This document shows, piece after piece, positions 1 to 13,919 of a stretch of DNA of 64,000 nt. The translations under genes and the position numbers were made by a program. Below the pieces are notes generated by a model. It saw nothing but the letters and a program-made list of their open reading frames with translations, did no database searches and had not been told where the DNA came from. Source of the stretch: Octopus vulgaris (taxonomy: Eukaryota); assembly GCA_951406725.2 (NCBI GenBank), contig OX597819.1, positions 45,818,001 through 45,882,000 on the forward strand. The letters are read 5' to 3'. Position 1 is the first letter of the stretch. Each line of letters starts with the position of its first letter.

Positions 1-1056
1 TATTATTAACAAGAAGTTGGTCATCTTTGCTTCTAACAGCCGTTTTAATTAATACTCAATGATTTAATTACAGATTTGTACATTAAATTTATATGACATG
101 AGTAATAATTTTATCAGAGGAACAAAGATGTACCTTTGGATGTTATATGTGGTCTTATCAATTCATTTTAGTCTGCTAAAATGACGTCACTGATACCAAG
201 TTGCATCGGCCTTTGCCTTTGTCTTGGATAACGTCAGTGGCGAGTTGGGTGGGGGTAAGCACGGGTGACTGCTGTTCTTCTATAATCAACCGTGTTCAGA
301 TTTGTGCCTTGGAGGGTAACTTTCTAGGTAGAATCCTATTGTCATTCATGACCAAAGGGAGTCTTTGTTCTTTACTCTTTGCAAAGTAATATTTTAATGA
401 AACAATATTTAATTACCGCGCAGAGATTATTTTACAAGGCATATACGCCTAATAAGTTGTAGGATTCAGATGCGGTTGTTAAGGTTTCGGGAGTTAAGTG
501 AATCGACTGTTATAATTTTGTCAGCTCAGCACTGTATGTTTGCATGTATTACACACACACACACACACACACAAACACTCACACACTCACATATTTACTA
601 TCTACCTTGCGTGTACGTAGTGCTGCTAGAGTTTATCTCAATGATCTAAAGCAATAAAGTTTTCACTTGATGATCTGTTGTGGATCGTTGGAAGATCCAA
701 TACAAATAACGTACTCTGATGAGACGTACGTAAGGAACAAATATAAAGTTTCTGTCATAATTTCTCACACACTGTGTGTGTGTGTATGCGTGCGCGTGTG
801 TACATGTGCAATTGTAGAAACACACATATGCACATATATTAGGTACACATATATTTATGTTTATTTTTATTCTTATTTGCTCTATCTTGTTTTTGTTTCA
901 GTTTTGGTGTTTACGCGTATGTTTGTCCGCGATAATCTGGGATAAGCTATTTACACCTATTCTATAATCTATTTACATGTGTCATTTATTTACCTGTTTG
1001 AACATTGAATGTTTATGAATCAAGGAATTTTATTTTAGCTTGTCCTCATTAATATA

Positions 1057-1619
1057 CTTTCTATTATAGACACAAGGCCTGAAATTTGGTGGGAGGAGAC
1101 CCCAGTTTTCAACTGGTACTCATTTTATCGATCCCGAAAGTATGAAAGACAAAGTCGACCTCGGTGTAATTTGAACTCAGAACGTAGCAGTAGACGAAAT
1201 ACCTATTTCTTTGCTACCCACAAGGGGCTAAACATAGAGAAGACAAGCAAGGGCAGACAAACGGATTAAGTCTATTGTATCGACTCCAGTGCGTAACTGG
1301 TACTTATTTAATCGACCCCAAAAGGATGAAAGGCGAAGTCGACCTCGGTGGAACTTGAACTCAGAACGTAGCAGCAGACGAAATACCTATTTCTTTACTA
1401 CCCACAAAGGGCTAAACACAGAGCGGACAAGCAAGGGCAGACAAACGGATTAAGTCGATTACATCGAATCCAGAGCGTAACCGGTACTTATTTAATCGAT
1501 CTCGAAGGGATGAAAGGCAAAGTCGAGCTCGGCGGAATTTGAACTCAGAACGTAGCGGCAGACGAAATACGGCTAAGCATTTCGCCCGGCGTGCTAACGT
1601 TTCTGCCAATTCGCCGCCT
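1057..1619 (-). mobile_element. tRNA-derived SINE family A, multimeric copy (head + three bodies, 184-bp period)
   Basis: Minus strand reads GGCGGCGAATTGGCAGAAACGTTAGC...GTTCTGAGTTCAAATTCC (A/B-box-like), then a GTCGACTTTGCCTTTCATCC...GTACCAG-type core. GACGAAATAC recurs at 1193, 1377 and 1561. Imperfect TSD ttgtcct(c/t)attaat at about 1040 and 1623. Confidence 0.85.
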
Positions 1620-2859
1620 TTTTTGTCCTTATTAATGTAAAGTAGATGTCTATTTTTTTAACAGAATGTATATGACGCTGACGAGAATTCATTTCGAAAT
1701 TGTTGGAGATCTATGTGTTCTGAGTTCGATTCTTGTCCACCTCAACTTTGCTTTTTAGTTTACTGACAATATTAAAATGAATTATTCATTTTGTATTGAG
1801 ATCGATAGGATCAAAGTTATTCCTCCAAAATATTTCAAACCTCTGTTTATTTAAGAGATCAATATAATCGAAAATACTATTTACTTTCTAAATGTGTGAG
1901 CGTGTACCTCATTATTCAGAAATCAATATTAACAAAATCCACGTATTTATTATAATCCACGGAGGAACATTTAATATCTATGTTAATGCTATTTAGCATC
2001 ATTTCAGCCTTGAAGGAGAAAACTAACAATACAAGACGTTCCAACCGTGACTGTTCCATTTGTATTATTTAATATCACGGGATGCATTATGCACTGTGTC
2101 ATTCATTCTCCCAAGGCAGTAGTGTGTCATTTGAAGGAGATTTGGTTAATATTTGTAGCAAATGATAGCACATTCCTACCCGCAAGAAATGTTATATTAG
2201 ATGCTGTTTAGTTTCAAGTGAAGTGGATGACTGACAAATCTTTCTCTGGACAGAAAGATACATACATACATACATACATACATACATACATACATACATA
2301 CATACATGCATATATACATACAAACATATGCGTACATACATATACCACCATATATATTTATGTGACTGTATATATATATATATGTATGTATGTATGTATG
2401 TATATATGTATGTATATATATGCACATGTGTATATATATGTGTGTGTGTATGAATGTGTAAATGTGTTCGTGCGTGCGTGTGTGTATATGTGTGATGGTA
2501 TGAATGTGTAAATGTGTTCGTGCATGTTTGTGTGTGCATGTGTGTGTGTGTGTGTGTGTATGTGCGTGTGTGTGTGTGTAATCTCTGCACATCTGGGATA
2601 AAGAGTATCAAATGCATTTTAGAATACATTCACGCGAAGTTGATGATTAACTCCTTTACTCCGTCGGCCTAATGATACGACCATAAATTACAAACCCCAA
2701 GCATATCTATCACCTTACCACAATGTCAGAGTTGAGGCAGAGCATTCCAATGCATTAACTTTTTACTAACTTTGCTGATGATATATTTAGCGTCCAGTTA
2801 GGAATTTATTACTTAAACATCCCGAGCAGTGATATATCTAACAATATTTTAGTCTTTAA

Positions 2860-3075
2860 AGGCGGCGATCTGGCAGAAACGTCAGTACGCCGGGCGAAAT
2901 GCTGAGCAGTATTTCGTCTGTCTTTACGTTCTGAGTTAAAATTCCGCCTAGATCGACTTTGCTTTTTCATTCTTTCGGGGTCGATAAATTAAGTACCAGT
3001 TGCGTACTGTAGTCGTTCTAATCAACTTGGCCCCTTCCCCCAAAATTTCGGGCCTTGTGCCTAGAGTAAAAAAGA
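2860..3075 (+). mobile_element. SINE family A, full-length monomer with TSD
   Basis: Same head and core as 1057-1619. Flanked by the direct repeat aatattt(t)tagtctttaa at about 2843 and 3076. Confidence 0.9.
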
Positions 3076-3257
3076 ATATTTTAGTCTTTAATTCTTTCAA
3101 TAATAATTTAATATATCTTACAATATTCACTTCTAAGAAATTTCATTCAATTTGTATATTATTCTTAATTACATCGATTGTTAAATATATTGTGCTACTT
3201 TGTACAGACTCAATTATCACTGTGTTTAATTTGTGGCACACAGTCACGCCTGCGTCT

Positions 3258-3590
3258 CTGTGTGATAAGGAGTTAGCTTCTCAATCACATGATGTTGGGT
3301 TCAGTGCCACTGTGTGGCACCTTGGGCAAGAATCTTCAATAGCCCCAGGCCCACCAAAAGCTTGGAGAGTGGATTTGGTAGACATGTATGTGTGTACGTG
3401 TTTGACTCCAAACGCTGCTCTTGCCAACTGGTGTTGGTATGTTTACGTCTTCATAACCTAGTGTTTCGGCAAAATGATCAATATAAATAAGGACCAGGCT
3501 TTAAAATGTTAAGTACTGAGGACCACTTGTTCGACTAATGTTCTACAAAGCAGTCTAATGACTAGAGCAAATATTAAGTAGAAGATAAAA
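3258..3590 (+). mobile_element. SINE family B, diverged copy
   Basis: gtggcaccttgggcaag...gtggatttggtagac...gtttacgtc...ttcggcaaaa blocks match the other family B copies. Confidence 0.75.
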
Positions 3591-5968
3591 AGGACCCAAA
3601 TAATTCAAATATTCATTAATGCGTTACATTTTAGTAGTTTATCCCGATGATGTAAATCCTTTAGTTTCTACGTGTAGTTTTAAATTACGGTTTTTTTCTC
3701 TATGAGTTGGTAATCTTTACAGCTAGTTCCGCAGTTCCTCTAGTCTATAAGTAGACTATTCTTATTTTGACTATTCGTATTTAGTGCCAATGATAGTTAG
3801 ACATTCGTATTTTGTGTCAATGAAGTTAGACATTCATATAACTGGCGTCTGGACTTTAGGTTCTGTTTTACTGTGAGTTTCTTTTATTTTTTTTTTGTTG
3901 AAAATTTTATTAAACATATTAAATATCAGATTATAATTTTATAATAAATATGGTCAAATTAATTGAATTTGATCATATTTTGATGTAAGCCATGTTACTG
4001 CTTTATTCAAGAATTTTGGATTTTGTCTTTCTGTGATTTCTAATAGTCTTATTCTCGCATAACTTCCAATATAGTTTTCGCTATAATACATGTATCATAT
4101 GGTGACCTTATATAGTGTTTACTATTCCCTCTGCCAGTTCCTCTGTTTTAAGTAGCCTTTCTATTTCCAATATTTTCTTCAAAAATATTTCTACTTTATT
4201 TTGTGGACTCCTCACATGTATTATATTATTTCCTTAACTTAAAATGGCCTTTCTCATATCGAAGTATTTGGTTGAATGGCTAGATTTATGTTTTATATTC
4301 CTTTAGTCTTCCTGATTTAGCTTTCACTTCCTAAATTGATATTCAAATCCTGTACTTTTTGAATTTCAAATACTCTTGCGAATTATCTCACTGAACCATT
4401 TACTTCCAATCAGGATCTGTTTTAGCGTTTCTAATCTAACCCCTTATTTCGAAGACTGCTGGCTTCACTGTTAAGTAAATAGCACTGTGACGTACATTTA
4501 AAAAAAATCCTTAATATTTATTTCATTTATTTGCACTCAAATTATTTCTAGTTCACGGTTAACTTCTTTGGTTCGCTCTCTGTTTTTATGCTGCATGGTT
4601 TTTGCAGTTTTATGTCTATCTTCGATTTATAAAAGTTTCTCCTCTTCAAATTTTTGTTCAATTTTGTCTACCACATTTTCTACATCACTGCATTCATTCA
4701 TTTGCATTGGCGCTAATGTTTCTTTCCTGTTATTACTACTTGGCAGTGTTATGTTAGGCATTGATTGTTATTTCAGCTCTACTGCATGGCGTTTAGTTCT
4801 CTTCTTCTGCTGTTTGTGTATATGCTATGTTCTCCTGTAGTGTTACTAATTTCTATTGCTTTAGCTTAGAATTTATCATCTTTAATATTTGCCTGTTTAG
4901 TTAAAATCATCCGGTAGTTTTCTTTCTTTTTTACTTAAAACTTTTCTTCTTACATTTGGCAAATTTGTTATTCATTCGCAATCGAGTCTCGTCTTTTTTT
5001 CGGCTAGATTTCTGAAGTCGATTAAATGATATTAAACAAAATGTTTTAGTTTGGCAGTAAAGAAGATTTTTAGGCCATCAAACTATTAGACCCTATCCAC
5101 ACTTAGACAGGTTGTATTTTTTTGACCTACAGTGTGACCAAACATCAAGGGGAAAAACCCTCTACACAAAGTATGTTCTGTGGGATTGCTAGTTAAGCCG
5201 TAGACGACCCGATATGTTAGAAAAAATTATCTGTTACGTTCTCACTGCAGCTACTCTTGCATGGCGTGAACCGGAGATTGTTGCGGTGGGTTGCCTTGAA
5301 GTATTTCCCACAAGGAGAAGGCAGGAATTATTTGCTCGGGTGATTATTTACTAGGAGAGACACAAAGAGAAAGACAGTGTGTGTTTGTGAGAGAGAGATA
5401 GAGATAGAGAGAGAGAAAGAGGAGAATGAGAGAGACAGGGAGTAAAAACAGAAGAAACACAGACGAAAACAAATTCTAAGCTGCGATTAGGATAAACAAA
5501 ATTAATAAGTACACACCAAATACTATCAGGTTGAGTAAAATGTAACATTTTGAACCATGAAGACCTTGTACCAGATTTTTACATGACGAGAGAAAATCAA
5601 TGGATTATGGGCATTGCCTTTATTTCCTTGACTAAACAGAAGATAAAAGAAACTTAAAATTTGTTGAGAAGTGTTGACTCTATTTTACTGACTATACTTT
5701 ACTGAGTTTCAATAATGCTAAAACATATCTGAAGTTATCGTCAAGTTATCGAAGTTATAGTGCAGTCCACGTTGCATATCTCTTTCATTTGTAAGTAACT
5801 GATATTTCGGAATTTACTCAATTGTATTCTTGATAAGAATTATCAAAGAAACAAACGATTTTACATTCTCATTTTGGTTAACAGTTCTCTGGATTCAAAG
5901 TTCTACACGCAACTAAGTGTACCGCGCTGCAGGGAAATTATCAACTAGCAAAATATACGCAAATATTC

Positions 5969-6275
<307 letters not shown>

Positions 6276-6295
6276 CACATATATACAAATAGGTG

Positions 6296-6545
6296 GAGGC
6301 GCGTGGCTTAGTGGTTAGGGTGTCAGCATCATGATCGTAAGATTGTGGTATCGATTCCAGGACCGTCCGATGTGTTGTGTTCTTCAGCAAAACGCTTCAT
6401 TTCACGTTGCTCCAGTCCACTCAGCTGGCAAAAATGAGTAACGCTGCGACGGATCGGCCTCCCGTCTAGGTGGGGAACACATACGCCATAGAAACCGGGA
6501 ACCCGGGCCCATGGTCCTGGCTAGGCTTTAAAAGGGCGCGTTTAT
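6296..6545 (+). mobile_element. tRNA-derived SINE family C (head C + tail X)
   Basis: GGCGCGTGGCTTAGTGGTTAGGG A-box head, a B-box-like segment, then ttcacgttgctccagtccactcagctggcaaaaatgagt. Homologous to 12208-12430 and 38209-38430. Confidence 0.85.
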
Positions 6546-6555
6546 ATTTCTTTTA

Positions 6556-6594
<39 letters not shown>

Positions 6595-6681
6595 TATACC
6601 ATTTACAGAAATACTAGACACGCACGCACAAACACACATATACATATATATATTGCACATTTATATATATATATATATATA

Positions 6682-6753
<72 letters not shown>

Positions 6754-7828
6754 TTATTTATACACTCATAAAAAGCTATTTCGCAGTGGGTACAATGGTA
6801 CGATTCTTTGAAACAATACATATTAGGAATCACTGGGTGTAGCTCCATTACATTTATTATAAATAATCGCGTTCGTTTATATAAGTATAAACAAAATTAA
6901 ATGAAATGTATACGTATATATGTATACGTATATACATATATATGTTTTATATACATATAAATGTATACATATATATGTAAATATATACATGTAAATATAT
7001 ATGTGTGTATATATATATATATATGTATATATACACAGATACACTGACATAGACATACACACATATATATCAATGCACAGAGGGCTCAGAGGAAAAGACC
7101 TTCAGAGTTCTCGTAATGTGTGAAACCCTATCTCTCTATTGATGTCCTATGACATACATTGGTGTCAAACACACTTCAGATAATGCCAATAACACGTTCT
7201 AAATCACAAGAGAGATGACTATACCGCCTTCTGCACTGTTTAAGTTACTAGTTTGGGGCGATTAGTTGCTATATAGACAAAACAGTTGAAAAATTGTGTT
7301 TGTACTAGCTATTAAATTTGTTTGCATGTGGATATATTAGAATACTTAGGTTGTGAATTATAAAGTGTGGCAACAGATATGTTTACGTTTTATAAATTCA
7401 AGCTGAACGGAGCCAATTAAAATAACAGTATTGAGGAGTTAAGTAATAAGAGGAAGTCATTATAGTAATTAGGAAATAATAAAAATCGCTAGATAAAATA
7501 TAATCATAACAAGAAGGAGGAGGAAGAGGAGAAGCAGGAGGAGTAGGAGAAGGATGACGAAGATCGTAAATGACGACGAATAGATGAAATGTAAAGAAAT
7601 GTGTAAATAGAGAGAAAAGAAATTTATTAATGGTGAATTTTGTAAAATGAAGTTTTAAAATGTTTAAATTTTAATTATGGTGACTTCATTACGTTGCTTA
7701 ATTGCCAATGCTACTGTATTAGTGCATGAATTTTCGGAAGAATATATACGTACCGTAACCCCCCACCCCTCAAAAAATAACAGAAGTATTCATATATAGC
7801 AACATAGGCGAACATGAATATAATCTAT

Positions 7829-7862
<34 letters not shown>

Positions 7863-8040
7863 ATATATATATATATAAACATAGATATACATATATATGC
7901 ATGTGTGTGTGTGCCTATGTGTTTGTGTGACTGTCTGTATGTAAATGTAGGTATACATGTAGTATATACGCATATATGTGTATTTGTATACATTTATGTA
8001 TATATATACGTATACATTCATACATAGGTATACATATATA

Positions 8041-8515
8041 TCAGGTCATCCCATAAGTTCTGTCCAACTTATCTTTTTTAAAATTGAATGAATTTTAATA
8101 GTATTTTAGAATGTCTAATGGAATTAAAAATTATTTTTATGCATTTGAGTACATTTAAACTAATTAAATATTATTTCACTGAATAATAGAATTAAAATTC
8201 TAGCATGGAAGTATCCAAAGAGCATTTGAGGCACATAATGCTTTATGAGTAGAAAAAGGAAACTCTGCAGCCGAAGCGACTCGAAACATACACTCAGTTT
8301 ATGTGAAGGAATGCTTGAATGAAAGAACTTGCAGAAGATGGTTTGCAAAATTCTTAAGTGGAGATTTTAGCCTTGAACAAGAAGATCGAAGAGAACGTCC
8401 AGTTGAGTTTGATGATAAGCTCCTTGAAGCATTACTTGAAGAAACTCCTGCATTATCAGTTGAATAATTGGCAATAAAGCTTAGTTCAAACCATACAACT
8501 GTTCATCGTCATTTC
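8041..8515 (+). mobile_element. mariner transposon fossil, 5' part (TIR + N-terminal transposase pseudogene)
   Basis: TA-tcaggtcatcccataagttctgtcc end. From 8205 it translates (with stop and frameshifts) to MEVSKEHLRHIMLYE..GNSAAEATRNIHSVY..ERTCRRWFAKF.SGDFSLEQEDR..RPVEFDD, the mariner HTH region. Confidence 0.85.
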
Positions 8516-8599
8516 TTTTCTTTCTTTCTTTGGGCTTTTATTTAGCGCTTACATCCCAGTACGGTAAGAAACCGCTGTTATATTTCCGGAAACATGTGA

Positions 8600-8915
8600 A
8601 GGAGCCTGGTTTACTAGTATTTGACTCTCGATATTAAAGGTGGGAGTTCTATTCCCGCCTGTGCCTTCTGTCCATGAGCAAGGCGCTATATTTCACATAA
8701 CTCTAGTCGTCTCAACTGGCTAAAATTAGTTGTACCAGTAATTCAAAGGGCCAACCTTATTACACACTGTATCACGCTGAATTTACCTGGTGACTACGTT
8801 AAAGGTACGCGTGTCTGTGGAGTGCTCAACTACATGCGCGTTAATTTTATGAGCTGGCTGTTCGGTCGACCGAAGCAACTAGAACACTTATCGTCACAAC
8901 CGACGGAGTACCACG
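8600..8915 (+). mobile_element. SINE family C (head C + tail Y), diverged
   Basis: aattcaaagggccaacc...gactacgttaaaggtacgcgtgtctgtggagtgctca...accgacggagt matches 34460-34778. Confidence 0.75.
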
Positions 8916-9879
8916 AGGCATTGCAAACTGATATCTCTACAGCCACCTCACTCTCATTAGAAACAACAGTATCAACGTAAAGTCGATGGCTTGGTGTCTT
9001 CTTCTGTTGATCCACTCTGGTTCTTCGGGTGCGAAAACTAAAATCTACACACGATAGAGCAACATCCGTTTGATTAGCAGATTTATCTCCGATTCCACTA
9101 AACCCTCTGGAAACCACAGATAATCCTCACAAATCACAAACATTTTCGGTTCTTACAATTTATCAAAAGCTTTACCAAGAACTTAAACATTCTTACCGAT
9201 AAATCTGAAATGTTCCAAATCTTAATCGCTTTGAGTTCTAATATAAGCACCGTTCTACAAATCCTTTAGAGGAAGAAGAAGTATTCGATAGAATCAATTC
9301 TAGTTTTAGGATGATATTTACTTTATCTTTATCAACCCTAGAAGGATGAAAGTTAAATTCATCTCAACGGAATCAGTAATCAAAACGTATATTTATATCA
9401 CTAAATATCACAAGGCATTTAGTCCACTACTAGCTATTCTACCAACACGAAACCACCCCGAGTATGGAAATTTGTCAATCGTTTTATATATTCCACTAAT
9501 TTATCATTCATGGCGGACATTTTCTCTACGATGGTTCATAATACTTGCGGGATAATTTGACCATCGTTTTCATATTCTACTAATCATCCAATCTTATCAC
9601 TTATCTTTTATTTGCTTCAACCACTGGACTGGGGTCGTGCTGGACCATCGCCTTACAGGGTTTAGTCAAAGAAATCGACATATATATATATGAAGCATAT
9701 ATTATAATTGTTACACTAGATAATAATAGAGTCAATGATATCTTCCCAAATTATTTTCTCGTGAATTATTTGCTTCGCATTGAAATTATATATATATACA
9801 TATGTGTGTGTATGTGTGTGTGGATTTATGCGCGTGTGTGTGCGTCTGTAACGTGTGGGCATGTGGATGATGGTGTGTG

Positions 9880-10400
9880 GAGCGGGTGCTTGGAAGTGTT
9901 CAGTGCTAGTGTAGGATGGTGTAATAAGGGTGTGGGTGTGGGTGGGGTGGTCTGGGGATGTGGATGAGGGATGAGGGTGGTAATGTGAACGTGAAGTGTA
10001 GATCGGGTAGGGGTGTGGCGGATGCGGTATCAATAAAGAGAGGAGAGAAGGAGAGTAAGATGAAAAGTGGTCGATGAGGAAAGGAGGGGAGTTGACCCCA
10101 TGTAGCACAGAAGAGCAAAGAGAGAATATTAATTCCCCTTCACGGCGAAGGCGAGTGACCGTATGGCCCCTGTATGAAAACAATCCGAACACAGACAGGT
10201 GCTGTAGTGAATGTCCAGTATAGCGGATACGGTGCAAGACCGGGGTGTCACTGCCGAGTCTGATGTCACGGAGTTGCTCCGCGAACTGGTCGGCCAACCG
10301 GCGTCCTGTTTGACCGATGTACAGAGAAGGGCAAAAATAGTAGGAGATGCAATAAATGACATTAGTTCTCCATATAGAATACTGTTGGTAGTGGTCAAGT
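9880..10400 (-). mobile_element. Penelope-like element 3' fragment: GIY-YIG endonuclease remnant + 3' region
   Basis: Minus frame ~10370-10075 reads TNVIYCISYYFCPSLYIGQTGRRLADQFAEQLRDIR..PV...GHSLQHLSVFGL..RLRREGELIFSL....HGVN, the PLE GIY-YIG signature (VIY...YIGQT.R.L..R..EH...E..LI..L....GLN). Confidence 0.85.
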
Positions 10401-10689
10401 GATTTAAACTTGATCGGACATAGAAGTCAATGTAGGGATAAGCACATTTGCCCTCTCGAACTTGTTTATTCCTACATCTACTTGTAGATCTGCGTGTGTC
10501 TATGTGGTGTTGGTGGTGTATGTGTGTGTGTGTATATTCAATCTTTGGTTTCTTTCTTTTTACATGTACACATATATAAATTTTGTATATCAAACAACCC
10601 AATCATTTAATATTTTTATGCATATAACTATATATATTTCTCTCTTTCTCTCAATCTCTGTTTCTCTATATATACATATATACACTCTG

Positions 10690-10855
10690 TAACTCTTTTA
10701 TTTATTTCTGTCATTTGACTGCGGCCATACTGGAGCACCGTATTTAGTCGAACAGATATACCCCAGATATTCCTTATTCTATCGGCCTCTTTTCCGAACC
10801 ACTACGTTACGGGGACGTATACAAACCAGCATCGGGGGGACAAACAAATTTACAA

Positions 10856-10926
<71 letters not shown>

Positions 10927-11100
10927 TATATATATATGCATATACACATATAACGGGCTTCTTTCAATTCCGTCTACCACATCCATTCATAAGGCTATAG
11001 TAGAAGACACTTGCCCAAGGTGCCAGGCAGTATGACTGAACCCAGAACCGTTTAGTTGGTAAGCAAGCTACTTACCACACAGCCTCTCCTCCGCCTACAT
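10690..11100 (-). mobile_element. SINE family B with internal (CA)n(TA)n
   Basis: Reverse complement of the family B sequence seen at 43610-44010 and 63372-63775. Confidence 0.85.
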
Positions 11101-11159
11101 GAATATATGTATGTATGCATACAAACACACACACACATATATCTCTCTATCTCTCTATT

Positions 11160-11228
<69 letters not shown>

Positions 11229-12036
11229 CATCTATCTAGCCATCCATCCATCTCTTTCCGTCTGCCGATTCCACTCGCAATATTTTGGTTGGCCCGATGC
11301 AATAGCAGAAAAGATTTACCTAACATGTCGCATAGTGGGACTGAACACGACCGCATGGTTGGGAATCTATTTTCTTATCCACACAGCCTTGCCTGCACAT
11401 ATGTTGATATTTTCTCCACATCTCCTCCTAGTTAATCAATCTACCATCGTTACGTATTTTGTCTACCATTACAATGATTCTACGACGATTGTTGGTGTTA
11501 TGCTCTTTATAACTCTCATGTTTACATTGAAATCTGAAAACGTCACTGATTCTCTGAAGTGCTGTGCCAAGTTAGTTTGTCTCCTCGTGTCGGCGAGAAG
11601 ATCTATGCTTTAGTACTTATGCAATGTGCTGAAGTTATAGACGTGGATTACAAAACAGGGAGAGTGAGAGGAAAGGTGAAAGAAAAGAAAGAGATGTAGA
11701 CAGAGAGAGACTAAATGCGTGCGTGTGTGTGAGTGATATGGGAATATATATATATAAATAAATATATATACACACACATATACATAGAAATAAAGATGAG
11801 TGAGTGCATTTTCCTACCTATACGCAGGCATGTACGCAGAGAGGGAGGGAGAGAGAGAGAGAGAGAGAGAGAGAAAAGAAAGAGAGAGAGAGAAAGAAAG
11901 AGAGAGAGAGAAAGAAAGAGAGAGAGAGAGGGAGGGAGGATATGGAAACAGATCCAAGATAGAAAAGCAGAGAAATATATAGATGGACAGACAGCTACAG
12001 AACTAGTTAGGAGAAGTATATATGTATATATATGTG

Positions 12037-12145
<109 letters not shown>

Positions 12146-12147
12146 CC

Positions 12148-12206
<59 letters not shown>

Positions 12207-12207
12207 A

Positions 12208-12430
12208 ATGCGCGCCCATTTAAAGCCTAGCCAGTCTCATGGTCCCGGTTTCCAGGTTTCTAAGGCGTGTGTTCCCCAGCTGGACGGAACGCCAGTCCAT
12301 CGCAGCGTTACTCATTTTTGCCAAATGAAGTGTTTTGCTCCAGAATACAACACATTGCCCGGTCCAGGAATCGAAACCACAACCTTACGATCATGGTGCT
12401 GACACCCTAACCACTAAACCGCGCGCCTCC
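12208..12430 (-). mobile_element. SINE family C (head C + tail X)
   Basis: Reverse complement of 6296-6545 with an internal deletion. Confidence 0.85.
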
Positions 12431-12612
12431 ACACACACACTCTCTCACACACACACACACACATATATATATATAGACGTATATGTGTGTATGTATACAT
12501 ATATGTATGTATGTATGTATATGAGTATATGAGTATATGGATACCCACACACAGACACACAGAGTGAGGAACGAGAGGAGAAGAAACGAGGATGTACATA
12601 GACAGACAGACC

Positions 12613-12689
<77 letters not shown>

Positions 12690-13019
12690 GAGTTGAAAGA
12701 ACAGACGGCAAAATATACAAACGCAGGATTTGCTGTAAAAATTCAATTGTCCGTGGCGCCGTGTTATTTCATTATAACCCTATTGGGATTAATATGAAAT
12801 CTTCCAGTAAAATATTTCCCTCGATGAATAGTTGCCTGCCCTTAGGCTGCACTGAAAACTTTCAACTTTATATAACAAGCGTACTGAAGCACCCGGACAC
12901 AGTCTCACATACACACGCACAGACACAAGAATATATACATACATACATACATACATACATACATACAAACATATATATATATACATATATATATAAATAT
13001 ATATATATATATACATACA

Positions 13020-13069
<50 letters not shown>

Positions 13070-13089
13070 AATATATACATATATATTTT

Positions 13090-13568
13090 TTATTTTTTAT
13101 CGTTTACTTGTTTGAATTGTCCGCGGCGCCATCTTATTTCATTATATCCCTATTGAGATTAATATCTTCAAGAAACTGCGTCCATGTTGAGCATCCCCTT
13201 GAAGGGTTTCAGTGGAAAAAAAATTGACACCAGGACTTTTTTTAAAGCATGGTATTTATTCTATCGGCTTCCTTTTACTGTTCGGTTAAGTTACGGGGAC
13301 GTAAGCACACCAACACCGGTTGCCGAGCGGTGGAGGAAGGCAAACACAGACATAATGACAGACACACATAGACTTATGCATATATATGTATATATAGGAC
13401 GGGATTCTCTCAGTTTCTGTCAATCAAATCCACTCAGAAAGCTTTGGCCGGCCCGAAATTACAGTAGAAGACACTTACCCAAGAAGTCAGGCAGTGGTAC
13501 TGAAGCCAGAAAGTCAGAGACATGTGGCTGGAAAACAAGTTTCTTGCCACACAGCCACGCCTGCGCCT
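13090..13568 (-). mobile_element. SINE family B, interrupted near its 3' end by a ~60-bp local duplication
   Basis: Family B blocks (gttacggggacgtaa, aaatccactca, ccacacagccac) on the minus strand. Confidence 0.8.
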
Positions 13569-13594
13569 ATATATATGTACGTATGTATATAAAC

Positions 13595-13651
<57 letters not shown>

Positions 13652-13771
13652 TATACACACACACATTCACACAAACACAAACGCACGCATACACACGCAC
13701 ACATATATACATACAGAAACATACACACACACACATATACAGAGAGTGGGGAGCAGAGACAGAGATCGATG

Positions 13772-13844
<73 letters not shown>

Positions 13845-13919
13845 ATAGATAAATAGACAGACAGATAGATAGATGGATGGATAGCCGGATGGAAAGATAT
13901 ATATATATATATATATATA

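Noticed and set aside
1678-1710. CUGACGA...CGAAA hammerhead-like string
   Set aside because: Only a weak 3-bp stem II and no stem I pairing. Probably chance.
9925-9980. G-quadruplex-capable tract
   Set aside because: Lies in the low-complexity 3' region of a decayed retroelement. No evidence of function.
9716-10297. 193-aa ORF as a host gene
   Set aside because: It is the C-terminal part of a Penelope-like GIY-YIG domain reading through into low-complexity sequence.
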